From positions 186,001-250,000 of the forward strand of contig JAPMXV010000029.1 in the NCBI GenBank assembly GCA_026936335.1: a DNA stretch of 64,000 nt, given 5' to 3'. The stretch comes from Mantamonas sphyraenae STR306. Taxonomy: Eukaryota; Protista; CRuMs. Shown here in pieces: positions 36,301-46,080 of the stretch. Each line of letters starts with the position of its first letter. Position 1 is the stretch's first letter. The notes beneath the pieces are model-generated. The model had not been told where the DNA came from and did not search any database. It saw only the letters and a program-made list of their open reading frames with translations. The position numbers were made by a program, and so were the translations under genes.

Positions 36301-36752
36301 CCGGATCGGTGGGTGAGGGAGTGTCCATGGTGCACAGTGACAGCGACCAGGTGATCATCAGCAGCGTCAAACGCGCTGAAGACGACGCCAACAGGCTCAT
36401 TCTGCGTCTGTACGAGTGCGCAGGCGCGCATGCGGACGAGGTGACCATCCACACGGGATTCGATGTGGCTGCTGTTGTGCGTTGCAATCTGCTCGAGGAA
36501 CCACGCCAAGAGGGCAACCCTAGCGTGGGCAGCAGCTCCAGCAGCAGCGACGCGCACGCCTACGCCATGGGCAATGTCAACAGCAACGATTTGGAGAATG
36601 CAGCGGGCACATTTGTGAGCGCAGGCAAGAACAACGTCGAGGGCGAGAGCCGCCAGCTGGAGGCCATTGCCGTCGCCGATACGGCACGAGCATTTACGCT
36701 TTCCCTCAGTCCGTTTGAGATTGTCACCGTAGCGTTGGATCTGAAAGATTGA
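33336..36752 (+). CDS. MAN2C1: Cytosolic/vacuolar alpha-mannosidase, GH38 (MAN2C1/Ams1-like)
   Basis: Motifs GHCHIDTAWLWP, FLPDTFGYSAQLPQ, GNGDGGGGPT, WSGELYLELHRGTYTSQ, LNQFHDVIPGSSI, AKFEVCAHKWADLSE. Confidence 0.95.
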   Translation: MHKHHKVTVERCEKFTEDNLFADVNLYGALYDRERRFEVGRDHDSVLLSYSVPHTGFDGVQTSDDIYDRERMQCSEVRRLFETALADGAVVDAPVKECPGHVRRASVGDSFGPSWSTTWVYLHFEVPQEWADEEVHLIFDPNCEGLIFVDDEPMQGLTGGRNDRRVEWLLDSSTRTHTILVELAANEMFGCNDGKSFLSPPDEERWFSLATADVAVFCREAWDVMWDLVVITDMAKHLNEDSVERAQATYTCNRVMKSIDVRDRSSMKEAHALAQEFLQQQNGARALEVTAIGHCHIDTAWLWPYAETKRKCARSWSTALRLMDLYPDYQFVCSQVCQYEWMRDLYPSLFARMKERIAEDRFVITGGSWCEMDCNLPSGESFARQFLYGQRFYEAEFGKRSNIFFLPDTFGYSAQLPQIIREAGMEYFVTQKISWNLINTFPHNTFMWEGLDGSRVLTHFPPADTYTASATVEEIVRCSNKHKDKDRSNEALFLYGNGDGGGGPTMEMIERLGRMRDCQGLPKVAFRSVDDFFERVTSNSRELVTWSGELYLELHRGTYTSQANNKKWNRKGEFLLQELECWATLLQLHDAQAYPRDELDRLWKLLLLNQFHDVIPGSSIHQVFVDSDAHYADIMSSGTALRDAVLQGHAGAGGDDQSPPTRYRVYNSNGIGAHGQVVRAGDQFVYVPEVPSLGYVDVEVGSGDDAADETVAVAVEDAVRVTTGTGNNDNGDFVVENGLIVLRVQGDGRIVSLYDKECKRECIIQGKLGNQLVMYTDMPLFWDAWDVEIYHLESKFPVEPEAESVTATVVEEDALRVRLRFEFPLSSESSMRMDVVVNAHSKRVDVECRVDWHENRKILKVEFPLRVRSSHANYEIQYGHCERPTHVNTSWDMAKFEVCAHKWADLSEHGFGVALLNDSKYGYSCRGSLMALSLLRAPKAPDNECDMGVHEFTYALFPHRGRLQEGLVVQEGYKLNVPVTVQPLPASASGSVGEGVSMVHSDSDQVIISSVKRAEDDANRLILRLYECAGAHADEVTIHTGFDVAAVVRCNLLEEPRQEGNPSVGSSSSSSDAHAYAMGNVNSNDLENAAGTFVSAGKNNVEGESRQLEAIAVADTARAFTLSLSPFEIVTVALDLKD

Positions 36753-36772
36753 GCCGTCCAATGGAACCAGAT

Positions 36773-38341
36773 TCATTTGTTCTGCCCCTCTGAAATCTCC
36801 CTCCACACTGTCTGAAGCAGGTTGCGCAGCGATCGAGCGCCAAACACGTTTCCACGCATGCTTCCCGTCATGCGAAACACACGGGGTGACGACTGCGAAG
36901 GGATGACGCCAACGCGTCCGTAGTGGACCTGTGCATTCGGCACCGAACCGGCCTCCAACTGTAGCTCCTTGCTTGTGTCGGCAATCTCCGACTCGAGACA
37001 CACGTAAAAGTGCATGTAGGGGGCGTAGTGACGAATGACAGGGGCCAGGCGATGCAGCACGCGATGCACCTCGCCATCGGCCACAAACAGATACACACGC
37101 GGCAACGGTGAGCTGTACATCACCGAGCGTACCACCGCCTGGCGTGGGTCCAAGCGTTGCACAACCACAGAACGGTAGTGGGGTGGGTAGTGCAGCAGAA
37201 AGTTGCTTGCACCCAACGCGTTGTCCATGGCAAAAGCAGGCAACACACGCGGCGCACACACCTCCACATAGTCCAGGGATGTGGAGGACCAAAAGCAATG
37301 GACCTCTTTGTCATCCATGTGTTCCATGTCCACCAGGTGCACGGGTGCATCCTGGATGCGAGGATGCTTCGCCATCCACGCTGCCTGCGCTTCCAGCACC
37401 TGTTGCAACTCCATGTCGCGTTTCAGGCCATACACTGCCTCCGGTTTGTACAAATAATGACACCCTGGACTCATGGGCTTGGTACGCCACCAATTGACAA
37501 GCAACGTCACACGCGGGCCGCTGCCCTTCAATTGAACACTCCTCGGCGTTGCCAGGGCTCCGGCAATGCCGTGAAACTGGTCGCCACGGAACATCAAATG
37601 CTTTCCCATCGAAGGATAAACCACGGCGGCGCGTTCTGAGGCCCTGTTGACCACCCGTGCGCCCTGCCGCACGGAAAAGGTGTCCAGAGCCAGTGTCGGG
37701 CCTCCGTGGTCGCTTAGATACGTCACTGTGCTGAGGAACGGGTGCCGAAGGCGTTGGTACCGAGCATACATGTGCTCATCCTTGTCGTAATGGAAGTGCA
37801 TCTCGGCGTCCGTCTCTCTGACCTGTTGCCAGACCTCGCAGCCCACCACCGACGCACTCAACGCCGCATCGTGGCCAAACGCAACCTGTTTCAGCCTGCG
37901 CACAAAGTGATACAGCAGTGTGGGCTGTTTTGCCGCCTCTTCAGCCTCCACCCTGGCCTGTTGCGTCTTGTCCTGCACGTCGCTGACGTTCAGGAAAATG
38001 AGCTGTGTGCCAAACGCGGGATCATTCAGGCTGTTGTGCTTCCACAACGCCAGCGCCTCGTCACGCACCGCACTGATCATCTCCGGCGACGCCACTTGAT
38101 CCACCACGCGTGCCATCTGTCCTGCGTGCAACAGCGTATGCGTCTCTGCGTCCCGTCGCTTGCTCACCTTTCTCGCCTCTTCGCTCACCTGTGCTTGCCA
38201 GCCCGCGTCCGCCAGCGTTTCCACCTCCAGCGACGACGCCTTTTGTTCCTCCTCCTCAGCACACATACAGCCAAACACCAACACCATCATCATCATCACC
38301 AACCCCACAGCACCAGTCCACCCCGTGCAAACTCGTCGCAT
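36773..38341 (-). CDS. Secretory-pathway 2OG-Fe(II) oxygenase-like protein with a possible C-terminal thioredoxin-like (PDI b'-type) fold
   Basis: Signal peptide MRRVC...LVMMMMVLVFGCMCA; GCEVW..., HFHYDKDE (HxD), HPFLSTVTYLS..GGPT, FRGDQFHGI (distal His), RVTLLVNWW (2OG-binding Arg). Confidence 0.7.
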   Translation of the reverse strand: MRRVCTGWTGAVGLVMMMMVLVFGCMCAEEEEQKASSLEVETLADAGWQAQVSEEARKVSKRRDAETHTLLHAGQMARVVDQVASPEMISAVRDEALALWKHNSLNDPAFGTQLIFLNVSDVQDKTQQARVEAEEAAKQPTLLYHFVRRLKQVAFGHDAALSASVVGCEVWQQVRETDAEMHFHYDKDEHMYARYQRLRHPFLSTVTYLSDHGGPTLALDTFSVRQGARVVNRASERAAVVYPSMGKHLMFRGDQFHGIAGALATPRSVQLKGSGPRVTLLVNWWRTKPMSPGCHYLYKPEAVYGLKRDMELQQVLEAQAAWMAKHPRIQDAPVHLVDMEHMDDKEVHCFWSSTSLDYVEVCAPRVLPAFAMDNALGASNFLLHYPPHYRSVVVQRLDPRQAVVRSVMYSSPLPRVYLFVADGEVHRVLHRLAPVIRHYAPYMHFYVCLESEIADTSKELQLEAGSVPNAQVHYGRVGVIPSQSSPRVFRMTGSMRGNVFGARSLRNLLQTVWREISEGQNK

Positions 38342-38540
38342 CGTTGGGTTTGACCCGATGGCGCAGTATGTACTGCACATGCACTTGCACATGGCACACC
38401 CACCAGTGCCAACCCCGTTTCTTCCATTCCTGTGCCTTCATCGCCACTTTGCCACTCGCTCTCCCCTCTTGAAGCTCAACAACAATCTCGACGTCGCCGT
38501 CTCCGCCACGCATTTTTCCAACCACTTCACGAATTCAACC

Positions 38541-41500
38541 ATGCGCACGACCCAACTTTGTGCATGCTTGCTGCTCTGTGTGGCAATGCTGAGCCCAGCT
38601 TACGTTGCCACCGACGATGCGGACCCTGCTGAGGAAACAGACCTGACCGAGTTTGAGAGCCACCAGACCAACACGTGGTTCCACCAGCTGCCCTACGTCA
38701 CCGACTCGGACGACGCACAGCGCAAAACCTCGGGCATTGCCTGCTACCAGCGTGTCCAACCCAAGGACAGCGACCCCGCCGATCCCAAGGGGCCCTTTGT
38801 CCAACGCGCCGCCCAGGCAGGATTCAAGTGCGTGTCAGGCCTTCCCTCCCTTTTCCGGCTGCACACACTTACGCTGCTCCTTACCGCCATTCCCCCACCA
38901 CACCACACACACACATGCACCATACACACACGCACACACATAGCTATGTCCACCAGGAGCGTCGTGTGCCGCCTCGTTGCCTTCTCGACGACAACGAAAA
39001 CCGCAAAAAGGTGGCCATTGGCGGCTTCTGTGAGGGCGAGATCAACACAGGAGGCGCAACCACAGCCGACTACGACGGCGACGGCTTCCCCGACGTCTTT
39101 GTCTCGCGTGTCTTTAAGCCACCCATCCTCTATCGCAACCGGTACGTTTGGAGGGACTGTGTGTGCGTGTGTGGCAATATGCAGTGGCCAAAAAGCGAGG
39201 AGAGGGCCACGCCAGCTGACACACACACACGAAAACACACACACTCCCCACGCCACGAAAACTACCACCTCCCCGCATGATGTTGCACATCGGGTATTGC
39301 CGCATGAACCACATGCGAACGTATCGTGGTGGCTGCATGCGGTGTCGGTGTCTGTGTGTGTGTGTGCGGGGTGGGGGGCAACTGCAGCGGCGATGGTACG
39401 TTTGAAGATGTGACGGAGAAGGCGGGCATCACGCTCAAGGAGTCGTCCAGCGGCGCTGCGTTTGCAGACGTGGACAAGGACGGTGACTTGGACCTGTATG
39501 TGACCACTCTGGGCACCAAACGCTTCTACCTGTACATCAACGACGGCCAGGGCCACTTTACTGAAGAGGCGCTGGAACGCGGGGCGGCCATTGCCACGCC
39601 GTACCTGCACGTGGGCTCCACCGTGGCCTTTGGTGACTTTGACGGCGACGGGTACCCTGACCTGCACACGACGGAGTGGGCACCCAAGCAGAACATCCAC
39701 TTCAACCGACCCAAGAAGGGAGTGAAGCTGCGCTCGGCCGAGCGTCTGCTGCGCAACCTGGGTGCATCTGCACCGGGATACTTTGAGGATGTGACGGAGA
39801 CGGCCAATGTGTCTGTGGACGGGTACCGTTCGCGTTCGCTGAAGATGAGTCCCGGCCCGTATGGGTTCAACTCTGCCTTTACGGATCTGGACAACGACGG
39901 ACGTGCGGATTTGGCGGTGACGGGCGACTTTGCTACCACGGTGCTGTTTTGGAACGAGGGCAACCAGACGTTCCTGGAGGGGTACCGCTCGTCGGGAGTG
40001 GGATCAGAGATGAACGGCATGGGGTCGACGTTTGGCGATTTGAACAACGACGGCAACATGGACTGGTTCATCACGGCCATCTACGACGAGAAGAAGCGAT
40101 GCTGGGACGAGGACAAGGCCGAGTGGTGTGAGATTGGCTGGGAGGGCAACCGGCTGTTTTTGAACCAGGGCAACCGGTCGTTTGTGGATGCCACGGACAT
40201 GTACGGTGTGCGCGACGCCGCGTGGGCGTGGGGCACCACCTTTTTGGACTTTGACAACGACGGCGACCTGGACTTGATGGTGGTCAATGGCTTCACCATC
40301 CCGTCGTCGACGATTGAGGACGACTTCAACGTGTCGCCCAACCAGTTGTGGGTCAACGAGGGAGGCACGCTGGTGAACCGAGCCAAGGAGTTTGGCATGG
40401 AGGAGGAGAACCGCAACGGACGCGCCGTGTTTGTGTTTGACTACGACAACGACGGCGACCTGGACCTGTTTGTGGCCAACCAGGGCGACAAACCGCTGTT
40501 CTACGAAAACGTGATTGGCAACCGCAACCCGTTCCTGCGCGTGCGCGTCCTCCAGGCCTCCAAGGAGCCGCGCAACATCAACGTGGAAGTGTTGGGTGCC
40601 CGCGTGTATGTGTTGCCCGTGGAGCAGGGTCCCGTGCAGTGGCGCGAGATCGGCACCGGATCGCACCTCTACGGACACAGCGAACGCACGGCACACTTTG
40701 GCCTGGGCAACCCGGCCTACGTGGAGACCCTTCAGAGCACTGGGCGCGTGGCACGTGTCCTTGTGGTCTTCCCGGGCGTTGATGGTGCCGAGGGAAGCAC
40801 GGTGATGATCAAGGATGTTCCCATCAACTCCACCCTGCTTGTGCGCCAGCCTCGCAAGGACAACATGCATCTGCTGAACAAGCTGCGTCGTTGCCCCAAG
40901 GGCACTGTGCCCGGCGCCACCAGTGCCACGGGCAAGGTGACATGGGACGATGCCGCGGCCGAAGCCGAGCATCAACGTGACGAGGACGACGACGAGGTTC
41001 AGGAGGCAACCACCACGCTGGACGCAGCGGCTGCCAAGGCGGCCAAGGAAGGATTGACGCTGAGCAAGGCCCAGTTGGCGACGCTGTTGACACACCGCAC
41101 GCCGGAGAAGCTGTATGCGACGCGTGAGACGGCACTGATCAAGAGCGAGCGCACGCACGACAGCCGCAGCAACCAGGCGTTTACGTACACCATCAACGGA
41201 GGACGCAACAACGTGAAGGAACCCACGCGTGGGCAGACGTGGACGCGTTTGCAACGCGTGGCACCGGCACAGTATTCGGACGGCAAGGCGGAACCGGCGG
41301 GATCCAAGCGACCGTCGGCACGTGTGGTGTCCAACCACCTCATGGCACAGATCAACAACGAGGAGTGGGATGCTGCCGGACGCAACGCGTTGCACATGAC
41401 CTTTGGTCAATTCTTGGCACACGACATTGATTTCACGTCGCCGCTGCCCACGTTCAACCTGGACACCAACTTTGCCATCAGTGTGCCCAAGGGCGACACT

Positions 41501-42760
41501 TGGTTCGACGTGGAGAACACAGGCACGGAAACGTTGCGATTCAAGCGCAGCATGTACGACGCCTCGCACCTGACCGCCCACCTGCCGCGCGAGCAGGTGA
41601 ACAAGATCACCACGTGGATGGACGCAAGCAACGTGTACGGCAGCGACGGACACACGGCACGCGAGGTGCGCACGGGAGTGGATGGCACGCTTGCCTCCAT
41701 GCCCGGGGATTTGATTCCGTTCAACACGAAGGGTCTGGGCAACGACAACCCCACGGGCCGTTATGTAACGGCGCTGCATTTGTCGGGCGATTCGCGATCG
41801 AACGAACAGCCGGGCCTGTTTGCGCTGCATGTGGTGTTCTTCCGCGAGCACAACCGTCTGTGTGCGGAGCTGAAGCAGGCGCATCCGACGTGGAATGACG
41901 ACCAGCTGTACCAGCGCGCGCGTCTGATTGTGTCGGCGCTGCTGCAGGTGATTACGTACAACGAGTTCCTGCCGGCGACGCTGGGCTATGCATTGCCGCC
42001 GTACACCGGGTACAACAGCTCTGTGGACGCCACGGTGACGAACGAGTTTGCCACTGCCGCCTTCCGGTACGGCCACTCGCAGGTGAACACGCAGGTGTGG
42101 CGCACGGACGCCCAGGGCAAGCCCATTCGCTTTGGCAACGTGGGTCTGCGCGACGCCTTCTTCACACCCGAACGTCTCACGCGCGAGGGAGGCTTGGACC
42201 CGATCCTGTTTGGACAGGTGCACCACAAGAGCCAACAGGTGGACCTGCACATGGTGGACGACCTGCGCAACTTCCTGTTTGGTCCGAACAAGGCTGCCGG
42301 CGGCCTGGATCTGGCTGCCGCCAACATCCAGCGTGGTCGCGACCACGGTCTGGCCGACCTCAACACGGTGCGTCTCCACCTGGGCCTGGCGCCGTACACC
42401 CAGTTTGAGGAGATCACAAGCGACGCACAGGTGGCAGCCACCCTGCGTCAGCTGTACAACGACGACATCAACGACATCGATCTGTGGGTGGGCGGTCTCG
42501 CCGAAGACCATCCGGCAACAGCCGCCGTCGGACCCACCTTTGCCGCCATCATCGAGGACCAGTTTATCCGTCTTCGCGATGGCGATCGCTTCTTCTACCT
42601 CAACGCAAAGAACAAGCACTTCAGTGAGGCTCAGGTGGCGGAACTCGAGGCCACCACCCTTGCAGACGTCATTGCACGCAACTCGGGCATCTCCGCCGAT
42701 CAGCTGCCCAAGAACATTTTCTTCGCTCCCGACGCACCCATCAACACCTCGTCGGCATGA
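38541..42760 (+). CDS. Secreted FG-GAP (CRTAC1-like) + ASPIC/UnbV + animal-type heme peroxidase fusion; introns 38828-38943 and 39142-39387
   Basis: Signal peptide; seven DxDxDGxxD repeats; HFGLG ASPIC/UnbV motif; peroxidase motifs FGQFLAHD, QVNKITTWMDASNVYG, GDSRSNEQ, FFREHNRL, AAFRYGHS, DLAAANIQRGRDHG, QFIRLRDGDRFFY. Propeller and peroxidase share one uninterrupted frame. Confidence 0.9.
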
Positions 42761-42873
42761 TCAGGGATGAGGATTGGAAATCGACCAGGAGAACAACCAA
42801 CAAGGACGAGCGAAAATTGCAAAGAAATCTCCAGCAAGCTCCCCATCGTTTATGTTGATGTTGCTGCCTCCTT

Positions 42874-44390
42874 TCATTCCGCCGCGGCGGCGTTATCTGC
42901 AAGGCCCCGATCCAACGCCTGGGCGGGAGAGATGCCAAAGTAGACCCTGCACCAGCCCTCGTTCTCCCAGCCCACCTTGTTGGGTTCGTCAAGAAACACA
43001 GCCATGGCAGTGGGCACAGCCTTGCGCTGGTAGAAGCCCGGCTGCACACCGTTGGCCAAAAAGGTGACGGCGGCGTAGTAATCGACCAGGGTTTCACCAA
43101 ACAGGGCCAGGTGGCCGAAGCGACGTGTGAGGAAGCCGCGTGACAGGCGGTTGTTGATCTCAATCAACTGTGCACGGCCTGTGCGCGCGTCCAGGAATAG
43201 TTCCACATGCACAATGCCGTCCGTGAGTCCCACGGCGTCGCGTGCAGTGGCCACGGCAATGGAAAGCATGTCGTGTCGTTGCTCCTTGGTCAAGTTGGCC
43301 GGAAACACAAGGTGTTGCCTGTTGGCCGCGTACTGCGAGCTGAACGAATGGTACACCAGCTGGCCCTTGCTCAGCATAATCTCCATCTGGATTTCCGGCC
43401 CCTGGACCAGTTCCTCCAGAATCATCTCCGAACCAAAGTGGTAGATGGCGTGTTTGGACGGATCCACCGTCGCCTGCGCCGCACGATACGTCTCCCGCAA
43501 CTCCTCCATGGAATTGACACGCGACGAAAACGTGGCAGCCACCCCGTAGATGGGTTTCAAGAACGAAGGGAAACCCACGGCCTGTGCAGCGGCCTCCAGA
43601 TCGTCCTCGCTGCGCACTCCGTGGAACTTGGGTGTCCGCAACCCCAGCTCCTTCATGGACTCACGCACCTTGAGCTTGTTGCGTGCCACCTGGGCCGCCT
43701 TGAGGGGCGATCCCTGCACTCCCAACGCCTCCACCAGCATGGCGGTGAGGATGCCTTGGTCTTCCACCAAGGTGGTGACGGCGTCGTACTTCTCCCCGCT
43801 GGCCAACACCTGCTCCACCACCTTGCGTGGCTCCTGGATCGACACACGCCCAAAGTCCTCCACTTCAATCACCTTCTCCACCAGATGGCTCACCGAGCCA
43901 AACTTGTGCCGGTCGGCGCCCTCCAGCAAATGCACGCTCACACCCAGCTGCTTGGCGCGCGCAAAGAACAGCGGATGTACGCACCACCCACCACAAGCAT
44001 CTTCTTGCCCTTCAGATGTGCCGCACTCTCCAAGGTGCTGTTCCCGTGTGCCCCCTGCGCCTTGGCAAGCGGCGGCCACGGTGCGAGGGTGCCCAGCTCG
44101 CTCAGCACCACGTCACGCAGCAGCGGGCCCAGCGCTCCGGGCGACTTGAACACTCCTTCTGTGCGCACAAAGTGCACCAACGACGACGCCAAATGGCTCA
44201 GCGACGACCACACCGTCTCTGTGCGCCCCTGCGACGGCAGATACACCCTGCAGCTGTGCACGCTCACGTCCGGCCGGCGAAGATCGTCCTTCACCGCCTG
44301 GTACCCAAAGTACAACGCCGCCGCAATCACACCCAGCGTCACCCACACGGGCACACGCACCTTGGTTGTGATGGTCTTTTTTCCAGCCAT
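42874..44390 (-). CDS. ATP-grasp amino-acid ligase (carnosine-synthase/LAL-like) with an N-terminal TM anchor; apparent -1 frameshift near 43974
   Basis: TM segment VWVTLGVIAAALYFGY; LKGKKMLVVGG; ARNKLKVR; VGFPSFLKP; ILEELVQGPE; HVELFL; LIEINNRL. Confidence 0.8.
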
Positions 44391-44453
44391 GGGCAAAAGG
44401 AATTCGGGTTGGTGTGCCACTGCAGCGTCACTCAGTTCATTCATGCACTCTGC

Positions 44454-45995
44454 TCACCACCCCCGTGTTGGTGTTTTGCCCAGCCGTTCCGCTAGTTTCC
44501 GTCCAGCGGGACTCAACATGCGCATGCGTTCCACACTCTTTCGCCGTGCTCCCATTCGCCCTCCACTGCTGCTTCCTCCACCGGTGCTGCGACGATGCCT
44601 GCTGCTTCCGCTGCCACTGCCGTGCTCCTGTGCACGTCCACTGCGTATCATCCTGCGTTTCCTCTTGGCCTCGTCTGCCAGCTCCCGCCCTCGCCTGTCG
44701 CGTTCGCTCTCGTTCCTGATCAGGAATCGGCTACTTCCCGAACTCGACGCCGCCAGCGCCTTGGCCTCTTCCAGAAGATGTGTGTCGTTGGGATCGAGCA
44801 GTAGCAACTCGTCCAACGCCTCTGCCGCTGCTGCATCCTCTGCTCCACTTCCCAGTCCGTCCTCCTGCACGCCACTCTCGTGCAGAGGCGTCGTCACAAA
44901 ACCGTATCCGTTCACACGCGGCGACTCTTCCCCCGCATACATCCTCGGCGTACGCATGCCAGCCACAACACTTGCGTATCCCTGTCCGTCAGACTGTCCA
45001 TTGCTGCTGCGAAACAGTGGTGTGGCCAGGTGTGGCGTGGCCAGCAGATCTCGCCCTGCCGCATCCTCTTCCGACTCCCCGGTCTTTGGTCGCCGCCCAC
45101 CCTCGCCCCGAGAGGATTCGTGGAACCCTGTGTTGGCATATACAATGGCTTTGGGTGCTCGCCTGCCCTGCCTGCCGGCTCCTCCGCCTCCCGCGTTGCC
45201 CAGCACGACCGCTTTGCTTCCTCCTGCCTCGTCCGGCACGAACATCAGTGCGTTCTTTGTCACGTATGGCACCACGCCATAGTCTGCACTCGCCCTGCCC
45301 CCTGCGCCACGACTCTTGTCTTCCAGCAACCGCTGCTTCCGCTTTCCTTCCGCTTGCTCCGTCTCAAACATCCACGCCAGCTTCTCCCGAGTTGCTGCGT
45401 TGCGTTCCCGCAGGATTTCGTTGAATGAATGGTTGTCCTCCGACGTGTGTTGTGCCACGTACGCGTCCAAGTTCATCCCTGGCACGTCTTCCGCATCCTC
45501 CTCCTCCTCCTCCTCCTCCTCGTCCCTGCTCACAAAGCTCAGCGGTGTCTCGTTGCCCACGGTGCCCTGTCGCATGCTCCTTCCAGTGCCACTTCGCGTC
45601 CCTGCTGTGCCCACGCGTCGCATGTGCCACGCCCAACGCAGTTCCGCCGCGCGCAGCGAATCTCCGCGTTGCCTCGCCTCCAGATAGGCGACCTGCATGT
45701 CCAGTTTGGGGATGTTTGGGAAAAAGTCTCGTTGGATGATCTTCTCCATGCCCTCCAGGTACTCGTCCTCGTCCAGCACCTTGACCCGGTTCCTCGAACG
45801 TACTCGTTCTGCCTCTCGCTTCGCAAGCTCTGCCGCCTCCGCAGCTGCCTTTCGCTCCTTTGCCACCACTTCCATGTACATACCCACACGTGCTCGTTTG
45901 CTATCGCCTCGTTCCTCCTCCGCCTCCTCTTCCCCTTTCTCCCCCTCCAACTCCTCTTGCCGCTCTCGCTTCCCTGTTTTCCCCACGGTTTCCAT
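44454..45995 (-). CDS. ESS2: Splicing factor ESS-2/DGCR14
   Basis: Motifs VLDEDEYLEGMEKIIQRDFFP, LDAYVAQHTSEDNHSF, KNALMFVP, IVYANT.F, PRVNGYGFV.TP, LSPAGRKLA. Confidence 0.92.
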   Translation of the reverse strand: METVGKTGKRERQEELEGEKGEEEAEEERGDSKRARVGMYMEVVAKERKAAAEAAELAKREAERVRSRNRVKVLDEDEYLEGMEKIIQRDFFPNIPKLDMQVAYLEARQRGDSLRAAELRWAWHMRRVGTAGTRSGTGRSMRQGTVGNETPLSFVSRDEEEEEEEEDAEDVPGMNLDAYVAQHTSEDNHSFNEILRERNAATREKLAWMFETEQAEGKRKQRLLEDKSRGAGGRASADYGVVPYVTKNALMFVPDEAGGSKAVVLGNAGGGGAGRQGRRAPKAIVYANTGFHESSRGEGGRRPKTGESEEDAAGRDLLATPHLATPLFRSSNGQSDGQGYASVVAGMRTPRMYAGEESPRVNGYGFVTTPLHESGVQEDGLGSGAEDAAAAEALDELLLLDPNDTHLLEEAKALAASSSGSSRFLIRNESERDRRGRELADEAKRKRRMIRSGRAQEHGSGSGSSRHRRSTGGGSSSGGRMGARRKSVERMRMLSPAGRKLAERLGKTPTRGW

Positions 45996-46080
45996 TGCAT
46001 CCGACTGTGCATGTGTGCTGTTCCATCCATGGATCTACATTCAGTTGCTGTATCAATGCACCCACACACTCTCTATTCGC

